Assembly (NCBI GenBank): GCA_951406725.2
Contig: OX597816.1
Location: 162,874,001-162,938,000 of the forward strand
Source: Octopus vulgaris
Lineage: Eukaryota
DNA: 64,000 bases
Reading direction: 5' to 3'
Below are positions 44,570 to 57,798 of the stretch, piece after piece. The stretch's first letter is position 1; each line of letters starts with the position of its first letter. Position numbers and translations under genes: made by a program. The notes beneath the pieces are model-generated. The model was not told where the DNA came from, did not search any database, and saw nothing but the letters and a program-made list of their open reading frames with translations.

Positions 44570-44705
<136 letters not shown>

Positions 44706-45325
44706 AAGCAATTCGTATATTTTATATCAATTAGGATACTTTTTTTTATACATTGGTACTTTTGATATATTATATCAATGATACATACATATGTTTGTAT
44801 GTGTGTGTGTATGTGTGTTTGTGCGTGTGTATGTGTTAGTGTGTATGCGTGTGAAAGTACATAAATATTGTTATCTTTAAATTACTGCAAACTTCCACAC
44901 AAGCAAAGCGTGACACTGAGAGATATAATCACTTACTCATTTCATGATCAGTGCGGCTCTAACATATGTATGCAGGCATACATCGATGCCTGTATTAAAT
45001 ATGTATATCATTGTATGCATTCTCTCTCACGCATACACATATACACTTATATATATGTGTGCGTGTGTGTGTGTGTGTGTGCGCGCATGATTTAGTCGTC
45101 TGGGTATCGCACTCGCGATTGTGAGATCGTGGTTTCGATTCCCAGAAAGAGATCGTTGAGTTGTGTTCTTGAACAAAGCACTCTATTCCATGTTGCTCTG
45201 CGTTCATTTTGTCATCTGACATCCGTTGCATCTGTACAAGTAATGTCGTTTTACTGAAGGTAGTGAGCTTATGTGAACACAAACTTTTGATCACTATAAA
45301 CATATCATCTGTGTGATATATATAA

Positions 45326-45708
45326 CTAGCAGTATCGCCCGGCGTTGCTCGGGTTTGTAAGGGAAATAACTATAAAGCATTTTTAGAGAGTTATAGCCAA
45401 AAAATAGCAAAAAATGCAAAAAAAATTATGGTAATTTTTTTTAAGAATCGTTGACTCATCGTAGACATTTTTAGAGAGTTACTTCCCTTATATTAAAAAA
45501 AATATGCATTAAAATGGAAAAAAATGATGGTAAATTATTTTTAAAATCGTAGACTCATCGTAGACGCACGCTAATACCCAGAAGGGCTTGATATGAATCA
45601 CGACTATAAGATACCCGGTTTTGGTTAAACTGCACCGCAAAATGTGAGAGTAGTTAGGAATCTAAATCGGAGTAGACAGACACACAACCTTTCTTTTATA
45701 TATAAAGA
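45326..45708 (-). mobile_element. Non-autonomous Helitron
   Basis: Minus strand starts TC and ends in the hairpin CCCGAGCAACGCCGGG followed by CTAG. Inserted between A and T with no TSD, and has an internal duplication. Confidence 0.8.
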
Positions 45709-46315
45709 TAAATGCGAAAACTAATTTGTGTGTATCAATGTATCACACTTAGACACCCTTTCTCACTATTCAATGACACTCCTACTATTCCTTATGATGG
45801 GGTGAGAGTAATAGAAGGCATAGAGAAGTCAGGTCGGTGGCAAAGACAGGGAGAGAGAGAGAGAAGGAAATTTAGCGAGAGTTGATGTTTTATTAAAAGT
45901 AGTAGTGTTGATGGTGGCAGTGGGAGTAATAATTAAAGAGAGAGGAAGAGGGAGATGATGTACAAAACTTAACTATTCTCTTTGACAGAAATTCCTGTCA
46001 CCAACATACTGAACACTATCATTTTTGTCTTGTTCGCCTCCGTAAATGCATATATATATATATATATTCATACACATATATATACATAAATCAACGTCTA
46101 ATAAAAGGGCATATAAGCGATCGACAGAAAAAAGAAGGCTTTCCTATCCGCGTGGATAGATTATTTTCCTTAGTCATTGCACGGTCATCACCATAAACCT
46201 TAAGCTTATATAAAAATATAATTTTTAATTATAATTTACGAAAAAACAAAAGACGAAGACAGGTGTTTAAACAACAAAAAGATGTATTAGTTTAACGCTC
46301 GAGAAGTGAGAAAGA

Positions 46316-46351
46316 CTTTAACGTTTCGAGCCTACGCTCTTTCACAGAAAG
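46316..46351 (-). ncRNA. Minimal hammerhead-like motif with variant core CUGUGAA
   Basis: CUUU-CUGUGAA-A-GAGC-guag-GCUC-GAAACGUU-AAAG. Homolog at 53564-53599. Confidence 0.45.
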
Positions 46352-46398
46352 GAACACAGAAATAAACAGAGAGAAAATAAAAAAGTTTTAGTGGTTAA

Positions 46399-46528
<130 letters not shown>

Positions 46529-46766
46529 TGAGAAAAATTAGTTCAAGTAGAACATTTTGAACTTTTTGGTGGCGGGGCCAAAAAGTTAGATTTCTAATAA
46601 TGATTCTTCATATCAAATTAGTAACTTGTTATTACAAGTATTTAAAATATGAAAATATGACAATGAAAAATGTGTTATGTGTATTATAGGATAAAATCCT
46701 ATATTAACCCAACTAAGAGTTAAAAATGGAGAAGAGAAGATGTTAAAAGCTTTTATAAATTTTTAA

Positions 46767-46894
46767 TCCATACGATCGTTTCGAATGATAATACTGGCAT
46801 GCAAGAAAACATGGAAAAGATTAATTTAATTATAATAATAATTAAAATAATAATTAAAGTAAATTAATTAAGTATTACCATTCTCTTCAGTGGA
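46767..46894 (-). ncRNA. Type I hammerhead with 101-nt stem II
   Basis: UCCA-CUGAAGA-GAAUGGUAAUACU..AGUAUUAUCAUUC-GAAA-CGAUCG-UA-UGGA. Confidence 0.8.
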
Positions 46895-47117
46895 AAAAAA
46901 CATTAATAAAACATCAAAAAGGTATTAAAAAAGAATATTACAATAAAACTATAGAGAGTCTGTGTCAGATAAAGTTGATAGGATATTCATAGCAAGAATG
47001 TGAAATAGGAAAAAAGAGCCATAGGAACATGTTAATGTAGTGATGAGTCTGTGTAAGAACTAGAACTGTTTTGGCCAATGGATATTTTTTAAAATATGTG
47101 TGTATGTACATATATAT

Positions 47118-47346
47118 ACACAAAACGGAACAAGAACGCAAGACATCCAGATAGATGATACAAAGAAAACAAGGACGGGTCATTCGGAGTTTTGTTTTCT
47201 TCAGTCGAGTTCCAGATTATCTTTGCAATTTCGGCTGGTTATACTCGAGATTGCTCTAATTTGGTCAGCCCCAAGTAAAAACTAAGCTAAGAGCATTAAA
47301 TTCCTTGGATTAAAGCAGCAAATGTATACGAAAACAAGGACGGGTT
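47118..47346 (-). mobile_element. Repeat family D copy
   Basis: Colinear with 1181-1415. Confidence 0.65.
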
Positions 47347-47496
47347 ATATATATATATATACCGGAGTAAACACATAAATGTGAAACAAGGTGGAAAAAA
47401 AAGAGTACTCAAATACCAGTGGTAGAGTAATATGCTTTATTTAAAAGCAGCAGAAAATTCAACAAAACCTGTTACTCTGAGTTTCACGTTCCCGTT

Positions 47497-48160
47497 TGCT
47501 GTTGTCCAATGTGCGGAAAAGAACAATATGCTTCTAAATAAAGATAAGTTTGATTTAATGCACTCCACCTTGAGTACTATTGCCCACTGTGGTCTGCCCA
47601 TACGAAGCAGCTCATTATGAAAGCAGAAGCACTCCAGAGGTCAATAACAAGAAATATAGACATGACTATTGGGGTCTGACTAATATATGACTAATATAGA
47701 CATTGACTATTGGGGTCGACTAAGTAGACTCAACCTCTATTCTCTCCTACGCCGCCGGATGCGCTACATCATTTGTGTGATGTGGAAAATATTCCATCAG
47801 TATTACAGAAATGTTGGCATCAATTTTAAAATCCATCCAAGACTTGGCCCCCGTGCTATCCACCCACTACAAAAATCGAACTCAGGACAATAGCAACATT
47901 ACGTCACAACTACTTTACCTCAATTGGTCCAGCTCTCTTTAATACCATACCAAAATACGTCAAAACGGAAACGGATCCCATAAAATTCAAAAGTTCACTG
48001 GACAAATTTCTTCAAAAAGTCCCGGACCAACGTCTTACACTCCGATATGTCTCTGACAATAATAACTCTTTACTAGAGTGGGCCATGGTGTCCCATATAT
48101 GACTGAAATACTTCACCAGGTGGTGCTATTAAGCTAGACAGAGCCTAACAAAGTTATCAA
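47497..48160 (+). mobile_element. CR1/L2-group LINE RT C-terminal fragment with deletions
   Basis: AEKNNMLLNKDKF; HLEYYCPLWSAH..ALQRSITR; DYWGRLSRLNLYSLLRRRMRY; FKSSLDKFLQKVPDQ. Confidence 0.8.
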
Positions 48161-48319
48161 AGGTATATGAGATGTGGGTATGTGCCTAAAAGGCAGCCCT
48201 TCATATTTTCTGTTCACAGCTCCTTTTTCTCCAATATTTACACGCTGTTATAAACAAATTTATTTGCTTCGAGATACACTGTCCCAAAAAAGAATAAATT
48301 CATACACACATATGTATAA

Positions 48320-48365
<46 letters not shown>

Positions 48366-48453
48366 ATATATATATACTGATAGAAATGGTAAGACAACGA
48401 ATAAAAGAGACCTCGATATTATGTAAATAGGAGAATTTATCTCTAAATATATC

Positions 48454-48561
48454 ATGTGACAATTATTCGGTAGCCATGATAAAACTCCGATAAAACTCCG
48501 AGTTTCCGCCCCGACATCCGAAACTCAGAGTTTTATCATGGCTAACGAATAATTGTCACAT
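48454..48561. repeat. Fold-back inverted repeat centred between two GAAAC-stem III half-hammerheads
   Basis: ..AAACTCCGAGTTTC-13 nt-GAAACTCAGAGTTT.. Confidence 0.7.
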
Positions 48562-50451
48562 ATCATATTTACATATATATATATATATATACTTATACAT
48601 ATACGGTTATTGACCAGTTGGTGATAAAACTTATTGATTAGCTGCGAGGATTTGATTATTTTTCCTTGCATCTAGTCTCCTTAAGTGGTTTTATTACTTT
48701 CCCGCTTTTGGTTTTATGAAGTTTAAAAGGCGAATCCGCTGTTATTGATAAGTTCGCGCCATGTTCGTTGAAAAACTGAATTCGGAATAGCGTTTGACAA
48801 AATGCCAGAGCTTGTAACAGATTTATGAAAAGGTTAAGTGGGCACTGGAACTGAACGCGTACATGCTAAGTGGCTAGTGCATCTCAATGCATTTATGCAT
48901 ACATATGTATACGTATATGTAAATATATATGTATGTATGCATGTATGTAAATGTGTGTGTGTGTGTATGAATATATATATATATATATATGTATTTATGT
49001 GTATGTATCTAAACGCATATGTATATATATATATATATGCTTGTTTATACATATGTATATGTATATATATGTATGTATATATATATATGTATATATATAT
49101 ATATGTATATAAATATACATGTATATATATGTATATATATGTATATATATGTATATATGTATATCTATATATGTATATGTATATATACATATTTGTTTGT
49201 ATGTGTGTGTCAATATACGTGTATGTGTGTATATATATAAATGGATCTATATACATATTTTTGCACTATATATACACTCTATGTAGTTATATATGTAGTT
49301 ATATATATACATGTATATATATGTATGTAGTTATATGTATGCACACACGCACACATACACATATATATATATACATATATATATTCATACAACCATATCT
49401 CTTTCTATATGTATATCTATATCATTTACATATACATTCTTATGCTTATCTGCATCTATATATCTTTGTATATATCTACATACATGTCTACATCTTTGTG
49501 AATGTGTGTGTGTGAGAGAGAGAGAGAGAAAGACAGAGGGAGAGAGAGAGAGAGAAAATGAGGTTATGTCAGTGTGAGGTTGTGGATGCATTCACGATCG
49601 ATATTTCTTGACCATCGGTCAATTGTCCGAAGTTGAGGCTTAGCAGATATATTTCCTGAAGCGAAGTAAACGCCTACTTGACAAAATGTTGTAACACTGT
49701 CATTCGCTTGACCGCTCTGGTTCAAATGGTACATTGGTCATATACCTGGAACGCTTCTAACCGATTTCCAGACCATTCGAAAAACGTCAAACAATTATCG
49801 GCGTGTTGTGCTGGCACCATGCATTCTATCTTATCATTAAACAATATTTCTCAGCATAATTTTTAGGTATATCCTTCTTTATTTCTTTCCCTCTCCGGTG
49901 CTTTCTCTCGTGCACACACATACACATACATATACGCACACACATATGCATATGCACATACAAACATATACAAACACATACACACGCATACGCACATCCG
50001 AGTGCGTCTGTGTATATATATGTATATATACATGTACATATGAAAATATATATACCGTATACATACATACATGCATACATACATACTGACAGACAGACAG
50101 ACAGACAGACACACACACTCACACACACACACTCACATACACATATATATATATATATGGAAAACAATCAAGGTAGAAAATGTAAAAATAATTTTATAAA
50201 ATCATTACAGTACCGGTTTCAGTCATTGAGACTTTTTCAACTTTGAGTATGGACAACAAATTTTGGAAAGATTAAAAGTAAAACTTTAAAAAAAAATATT
50301 TGCATAGTGTTCAAATACAATTGGCATTTTAGTTGTTTCTACCTCTCCCTGTGTCTCTTGTTTACTCTCGTTGGTTCGAGGTGGTTGTGAATTATTGGCA
50401 GGGAAGAAGAAGAAGAAGAAGAAGAAGAAAGAGGAGGAGGAGGAGAAGAAG

Positions 50452-50483
<32 letters not shown>

Positions 50484-51095
50484 GAAGTAGTAGTAGAAGA
50501 AATAGTAGTAGAGGAAGAAGAAGAAGAAAAAGAAGGAGGAGAAAAAGAAGAATGCATGTGTGCCATGATAATGGAATGTTAAATGGTCAAGTGCCCTAAA
50601 AGTGACTTGTTGTGGATGGTAGTTGTGAGACATCTCTTGGGAATGTATTGTTTATAAAATTTGCGTAGGTTCATTCAAAACAGCAATAGTGGCAAAGCTA
50701 GGAAGGAGGTGGCGGAGGAAAGGAAGACGAGGAAGAAGAAGGAGAAAGAGAAGGAAGAATAAGAAAGGAATGTAAGTGGTATGATAGTAGTAGGATGTTA
50801 AATGGTCAAGTGACCTTGGGTGCAATGTGTAAATTGTTACCATCTTGTATTTTCAATTTCGCGTATACGCGTTGCATGGTTTTGCTTTGCTTTTGCAGTG
50901 TTTGGGTGTCAATCAAATATATATATATATATATATATACATAAAGATATGACTGGCTTCTTTCAGTTTCCGTCTACCAAATCCACTCACTATATTAGAA
51001 GTTACTTGACGAAGGTGCCGCATAGTGTGACCGAACACCTAGAACCGAGTGGCTGGGAAGCAAGCTTCTTACCACACAGCCACTCTTCTGCCTAT

Positions 51096-51213
<118 letters not shown>

Positions 51214-51222
51214 GTATAATTA

Positions 51223-51383
51223 TTTTTCAGAATGAGATAAAGAAACCAAGGGTGTGAAGATTTTAGAACAGTCTTACAGCTGTTTCCGGGATATTTTTTA
51301 TATCCCGGAAACAGCTGTAAGACCTTCTATTTATAAATGTTCTAATATATTCACACCCTTGGTTTTTCATCTCATTCTCAAAA
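51223..51383. repeat. Fold-back inverted repeat centred on a stem-II-like hairpin
   Basis: GTCTTACAGCTGTTTC-CGGGATAT..ATATCCCG-GAAACAGCTGTAAGAC. Confidence 0.75.
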
Positions 51384-51559
51384 GAAATTTTTTTACATGT
51401 ACACATGCTATGTCTTACGTTGGACTCCTTATTTGCATAATCACCGAACCTGGAGCTTAACTATAGTCTGCCCATAGCACTTACTCAGCATTACCTGACA
51501 CCTTTGGGTCTTATTGACACCATTACTTAATATAACCCCCTCTCTCTCTCTCTCTCTCT

Positions 51560-51612
<53 letters not shown>

Positions 51613-51762
51613 GTAAGTATGAAGATATATATATGTTTACATGTATGAATCCATGTATATATAAAACACTTGCACGACGTCCCAGCTAGTGGGACGGAAC
51701 AGTGAAGCATGTGGTGAGGAAGGAAATTTATTATCTTATATACATGTCTACAGGTTTATGTA

Positions 51763-51812
<50 letters not shown>

Positions 51813-51821
51813 CATATATAT

Positions 51822-51928
<107 letters not shown>

Positions 51929-52283
51929 TGTATGTATTTGTATATATACTATTATTCAATCCAAGGATATGAATCGAAAGAAATTGTAGGATATATATTT
52001 GTTTTAATCATTTGTTATATAATATTATATATTTTAGCGTAATTGTATTATAGTACAATGTTAATAAATATATATGTCAATTGTAGTTATCTATTTCCTT
52101 TAATATATATTAGATATTGAGTTTTTTAGTCGACCCCGATAGTCAACGCCTCTCATGCCGTCTTAGTCATTTTTGCCAGTTGAGTGGACTGGAGCAATGT
52201 GAAATAAAGTTTCTTGCTCAAGGACACAACGCGTCGCCTGGAATTGAAATCATGGCCTTACAATCGTGAGCCGAATGCCCTAA

Positions 52284-52700
52284 CCTATTTCTTTACTACC
52301 CACAAGGGGCTAAACATAGAGGGGACAAACAAGGACAGACATAGATATTAAGTCGATTACATCGACCCCAGTGCGTAACTGGTACTTAATTTATCGACCC
52401 CGAAAGGATGAAAGGTAAAGTTGACCTCGGCGGAATTTGAACTCAGAACGTAGCGGCAGATGAAATACCTATTTCTTTACTACCCACAAGGGGCTAAACA
52501 TAGAGGGGACAAACAATGACAGACATAGATATTAAGTCGATTACATCGACCCCCAGTGCATAACTGGTACTTAATTTATCGACCCCGAAAGGATGAAAGG
52601 TAAAGTTGACCTCGGCGGAATTTGAACTCAGAACGTAGCGACGGACGAAATACGGCTATGCATTTCGCCCGGCATCCTAACGATTCTGCCAGCTCACCGT
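52284..52700 (-). mobile_element. SINE family A with 184-bp tandem duplication, nested in a tRNA/CORE-like SINE (52140-52715)
   Basis: Units 52284-52467 and 52468-52700 are nearly identical over the shared part. Confidence 0.85.
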
Positions 52701-53196
52701 TAAGCCACGGCCCTTCACAGAGTTACATTATTGAGAGGCCGAAAAAAACCGAAACGGAAACCTCCTGATATACCTTAATCCACGTTCTGACCAAGAAAAA
52801 GAAAAAGAAAGAAATACTGAAACAAAAAAAATACTAAAAGAAAGAAAAGGCAAAAAGCAAAGTTTATTTTTTGTAAATCTGAGTAAAGCATCGTTATTCT
52901 TGTCGTGATATATAAAAAAACACAAGCGAGCAAAACCTGACAGTTTTACGCAGTTCCTTTCCAGCATCACGTAAAGGTTTAGTATTCCAAACGTCCGTAT
53001 TGAAAGTGTTTTTATTTTTCTATAATTTGCATTGCATATAAGATATAAAATCGGTTTGATTGCTTGAAAATCGGTGAAACACCTTGAAGTAATATATGTC
53101 ATTTCAGCATAAACTTAATTTAGTATTTATACTACATCCTTGTATCAATCTTCACATATCCGCATTGTGTATCGTTTTTTTCCCTGTATTAATATG

Positions 53197-53231
<35 letters not shown>

Positions 53232-53232
53232 G

Positions 53233-53306
<74 letters not shown>

Positions 53307-53563
53307 ATTCTATCTGTCAACCTATATGTCTGCATATGAGTCTCACTTCCTGTTTATATACACACACACACGCATATATATGTAGAATGAGAGGGAGAGA
53401 TAGATAGAAAGGGAGATAGAGATAGAGATAGAGATAGAGAGAGATAGTGATACAAATAAGCACATCCAGGTTATATATATATATATATATAAAACCATTC
53501 GCCATGATAGATCGCTAGCAACTACACATTCTTTGTTTTCTTTCCTTGTTTCTTTCTGTGTTC

Positions 53564-53599
53564 CTCTCTGTGGAAGAGCGTAGGCCCGAAACGTTAAAG
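53564..53599 (+). ncRNA. Minimal hammerhead-like motif with variant core CUGUGGA
   Basis: CUCU-CUGUGGA-A-GAGC-guag-GCCC-GAAACGUU-AAAG. Confidence 0.45.
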
Positions 53600-53681
53600 A
53601 CTTTTTCACTTCCCAAGCGTTATACTAATACATCTGTTTGTTGGCTACACCACCTGTCTTCGTCTTTTGTTTTGGAATTCT

Positions 53682-53728
<47 letters not shown>

Positions 53729-53799
53729 GGAGTAAACACATAAATGTGAAACAAGTTGGAAAAAAGAGTACTCAAATACCAGTGATAGAGTAATATGCA

Positions 53800-53846
53800 A
53801 AAACTGTCCGACGAACGGCAACAGGAAACTCAGAGTAACAGGTTTT
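53800..53846 (+). ncRNA. Hammerhead motif with CCGACGA core
   Basis: AAAACUGU-CCGACGA-10 nt-GAAA-CUCAGAG-UA-ACAGGUUUU. Confidence 0.55.
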
Positions 53847-53869
53847 GTTGAATTTTCTGCTGCTTTAAA

Positions 53870-53925
<56 letters not shown>

Positions 53926-54367
53926 CATATGTATAAACAGGGATATAAATGGGATATAAATGGATACAATGACTAAATATATTCAGAAGATAAACACAAG
54001 CCCATAGATATTTATATGTACTGACGAATAAATGTACTTTTACATGGAGCATAAAAAGTAGAGAAGACTAAAGGGAGAATGCACATTTTATTCGACTCGA
54101 CAGTTGTTTCTGGGAGCTCTGGATTATGTAATAGTCGCAACGTTTATAATTAGTAGATGGAAAGTGCAAAATGTCATGGATATGCAACCCGTAGATGGAT
54201 GCGTATAAGCATTACTGTAATACTGGCTTCCTTCTTAAGGAGTGGAAGATTGGTAGTTCATGTTGTACAACATGTTCTTTGTCTATCTCCTTAACTTCTT
54301 GGAGATTTTATGTAAAATTATACTAATGTATCCTTCTCTTCTAACTTAATTAAATTCTATGTCTTTG

Positions 54368-54459
54368 TGCAGCTGAAGATTGCTCTACATCTTAAATTGA
54401 TGTAATGAAATGATTGCCTTGTTCAATTGAATGGAGTCGCATGAAACGATCGTACTGCA
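54368..54459 (+). ncRNA. Type I hammerhead with 63-nt stem II
   Basis: UGCAG-CUGAAGA-uUGC..GCAu-GAAA-CGAUCG-UA-CUGCA. Confidence 0.7.
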
Positions 54460-54512
54460 TTATCACTGGATATCCTTGTTGCTTAAATAAATTTATATAT
54501 ATATATATATGT

Positions 54513-54666
54513 AGGCGCAGGAGTGGCTATGTGGTAAGTCGCTTGCTTACCAATCACATGGGCAAGTGATTGGTAAGCACCTTGGGCAAGTGTCTCTTTC
54601 TATAGCCTCGGGCCGACCCAAGCCTTGTGAATGGATTTGGTAGACGGGAGCTGAAAGGAGCCCGTC

Positions 54667-54758
<92 letters not shown>

Positions 54759-55155
54759 TGTGTGTGTGTGTGTGTGTATGATTGTGCGTCTTTGTTTGAC
54801 ACCCCCCCCCGCCACCATCGCTTGACAACCGATGCTGGTGTACTTACTTCCTTGTAACTTAGCGGTTCGGCAAAAGACTCTGATAGTACTAGGCTTACAA
54901 AGAATAAGTCTTGGGGTCGAATAAAGGTGGTGCTTCTGCATGGCCGTAGTCAAATGACTGAAACAAATAAAAGAATAAAATTTATATGTATACAGCAGGC
55001 TTCTTTCAGTTTCCGTCTACCAAATCCATACACAATGCCTTGGTCGGCCCGAGGCTAAAGTAGAAGACACTTGCCCGAAGTGCCACGCAGTGGGACTGAT
55101 CCGGAACTATGTGGTTAGATAGCAAGCTTCTTACCGCACAGCCACTTCTGTGCCT
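54513..55155. mobile_element. Two adjacent convergent SINE family C copies (+ 54513-54980; - 54995-55155)
   Basis: Head regions are reverse complements of each other. Confidence 0.85.
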
Positions 55156-55537
55156 ATGTATGTAGTTAAGTGAAAAATCCTGATTGATTCGTAGAGAGGC
55201 AGATAGATAGATGAAGGCAGATAGATAGATAACGATAGAGAGAGAGAGGGAGGTGAAAGAGAGAGTGAGGAAAAGACAGTGAGAGAGGGGGAGGAAAGTG
55301 GATAGATATATTGATCTGGAATGAGTTTATTAGATAGGCAGAGATAGTGGGGTAGAAAAGTAGGTAGTTTATAGATGGGTTAGTATATGTGTATATGTGT
55401 GTGTGTGTGTAAGCAGTACACACAATTACTCTCTCTCTCTCTTTCCCTCTGTCTCCCTCACACACACACATACATGCTATCACAGAAAGTGAAACTGAAA
55501 GTTAAAAATAGTACAGGGTATATATACATACATACAT

Positions 55538-55585
<48 letters not shown>

Positions 55586-56199
55586 ATGTATGTATGTATG
55601 GATACGTATGAATATATATTTATACACATTTTATGTGCATAAATAGCATACATATTCATATATATATATATATTATATAAGTATATATATACACATATAT
55701 TATATACATACCTAGGTATATTATATATACGTATCAATATTGGGGGAAGATAAAGACAGACAGAGATAGAATTAGTGGGAGAGAGAGAGATTATTCGGTA
55801 ATGTAGATACAAGAACATCAGCTTAGAGCAAGTCACTAAGGGATTTCAGAATTTCAACCTTTAGTCTTTGACATTTTTCAGCCGAGATTAAAATTTTTCC
55901 AAATTGACTTTGAATATTTTGACAGAATTATGCCAAATTCCACAAAGAAATCTTTCTTTTCTTTTCGCCTTTCTTGCTTACTTTCTCCTATATACACGTA
56001 TTCATTTGCTCGTGTATATGTACGATGCGTGTGTATGTGTATGTAATTGTAATTTCAGTGTGGGTGTAGCATCCATGTTTTCTTTTCTTTATTCTTAAAA
56101 CTCTCTTAGAGATTTAGGATTACGGAGGAATAATTCAACGGAATAAAATTTTTAATAGAAAGAGAATAAATGACATTTATGTCGTTAATTTATTATCGC

Positions 56200-56260
<61 letters not shown>

Positions 56261-57635
56261 GTTGTTGTTGTTGTTATTACTATTATTATTGTTGTTTTTG
56301 TTGTTATTGTAGATGTTGCTATTATTTTTTGGAACTAAATTGTTGTTTTATCCAAACTAATTCCTCTTGAAATTCTCTTCTCCTCAATTACATCAATTCT
56401 AGATTAACGGCTTTATGGAGATTATCATTTCAGATTTAGTTATTAATGGAATTAACAACTACAAAATTTGTGTGCAGTCACCCTAGGTTAAAGATGATAA
56501 CTTACAAAACAAGAAAGCTATTTTGCTGTTGTTTAACACAAAACTTAATCAAGAATTTATATGCAGGATCAAAGACACTCCATTCGTTAACATCAACATC
56601 TTTTTACTTTTGAGTGTGTGATGTTATATATGTAGGATAACATGAATTAATATAATTAATATAAGACATCAATTAATATGATTAATATAACTGATATAAG
56701 ATAGGGTTTAATAATGGTAAAGGTTCGTAATCTAGGGGTTAGGATCTGGGGATCCCAATCACGTAGCTTAAGACATTTTAACCCGAATCAAGAAGTTATG
56801 TGCATAATCAAAGCCATTCCCACCGTCATTATTTTTCGTTTAAAATAGCAATCTGTTCAACTTACTTAAAGTAGATACATCATTGAAAGCCTAATATCAC
56901 GTCCTCAATTTTCCGCTCGGTCAATTGTGAAAGGACCGAGAGGATATCTACGTTTGCACGTGACTATATAAGAAGCTAAAAGTGTGAGCAAATTTGGGGT
57001 AGACGTTATTAAGATGATATACTCGCTTATGCGTGGCGGCTAAGCTGCTTTTTTTTGAAATTTTTTTTCTAAGATTTAGTTTAGTGTAGTTTTAACTGTT
57101 ATTTCCATAAGGTCTAGCAATCAAGAGGGCTTTGGAGATGTTTTGAAGCAAGTAGAGTTTAGAATCTATCGGACTGTGAAGCCAAGTACCACGTGGCTTT
57201 AACAGCACTGTGCACATGAACAAGGAAATAAACTTTCAAACTGTCAAGTTTTTCTCAGCGATTGCGAATACTATAACCCATTGGTAACAGAAGAGGCAGT
57301 ACTGAAGGTTTTTGTCTTTATTTACTGTATGTATAGAAGATTTGAAATTTGCATTTGTTTCTGTGGACATACGTAGACACGAACTCGACAGTGGCGGTTC
57401 AAATGTTTCGTCTCTCTTTACCCTAATTGCACACGTATAACTCGAAATAATATCGAAATGTGTACATACATTCATACATACATACATATCGGATTTCTTG
57501 GATATTGACGAGGAAATCGGCTGCGAATGGTCCGTGTATTTTGCTTTTGTCCACCTTCCCGCTTGTTATGTTATCGTATGTTTCTCTATATGTTGAATTT
57601 TGTTCAATTTCCGCTTGTTGAGTTCTTTCTTTCCT

Positions 57636-57745
57636 AGCCGAAATTGCGACGATGATCCGGTTCTTGACTGAAGATTAAAGGCTTCGAATGACCCGTCCAT
57701 GATTTTGTATCGTCTATTTGGATGTTTTGTGTTCTTGTCCCATTT

Positions 57746-57748
<3 letters not shown>
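57636..57748 (+). mobile_element. Repeat family D copy (5'-truncated)
   Basis: AGCC-GAAAUUGC..UCUUGA-CUGAAGA..CGAAUGACCCGUCC. Confidence 0.6.
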
Positions 57749-57796
<48 letters not shown>

Positions 57797-57798
<2 letters not shown>

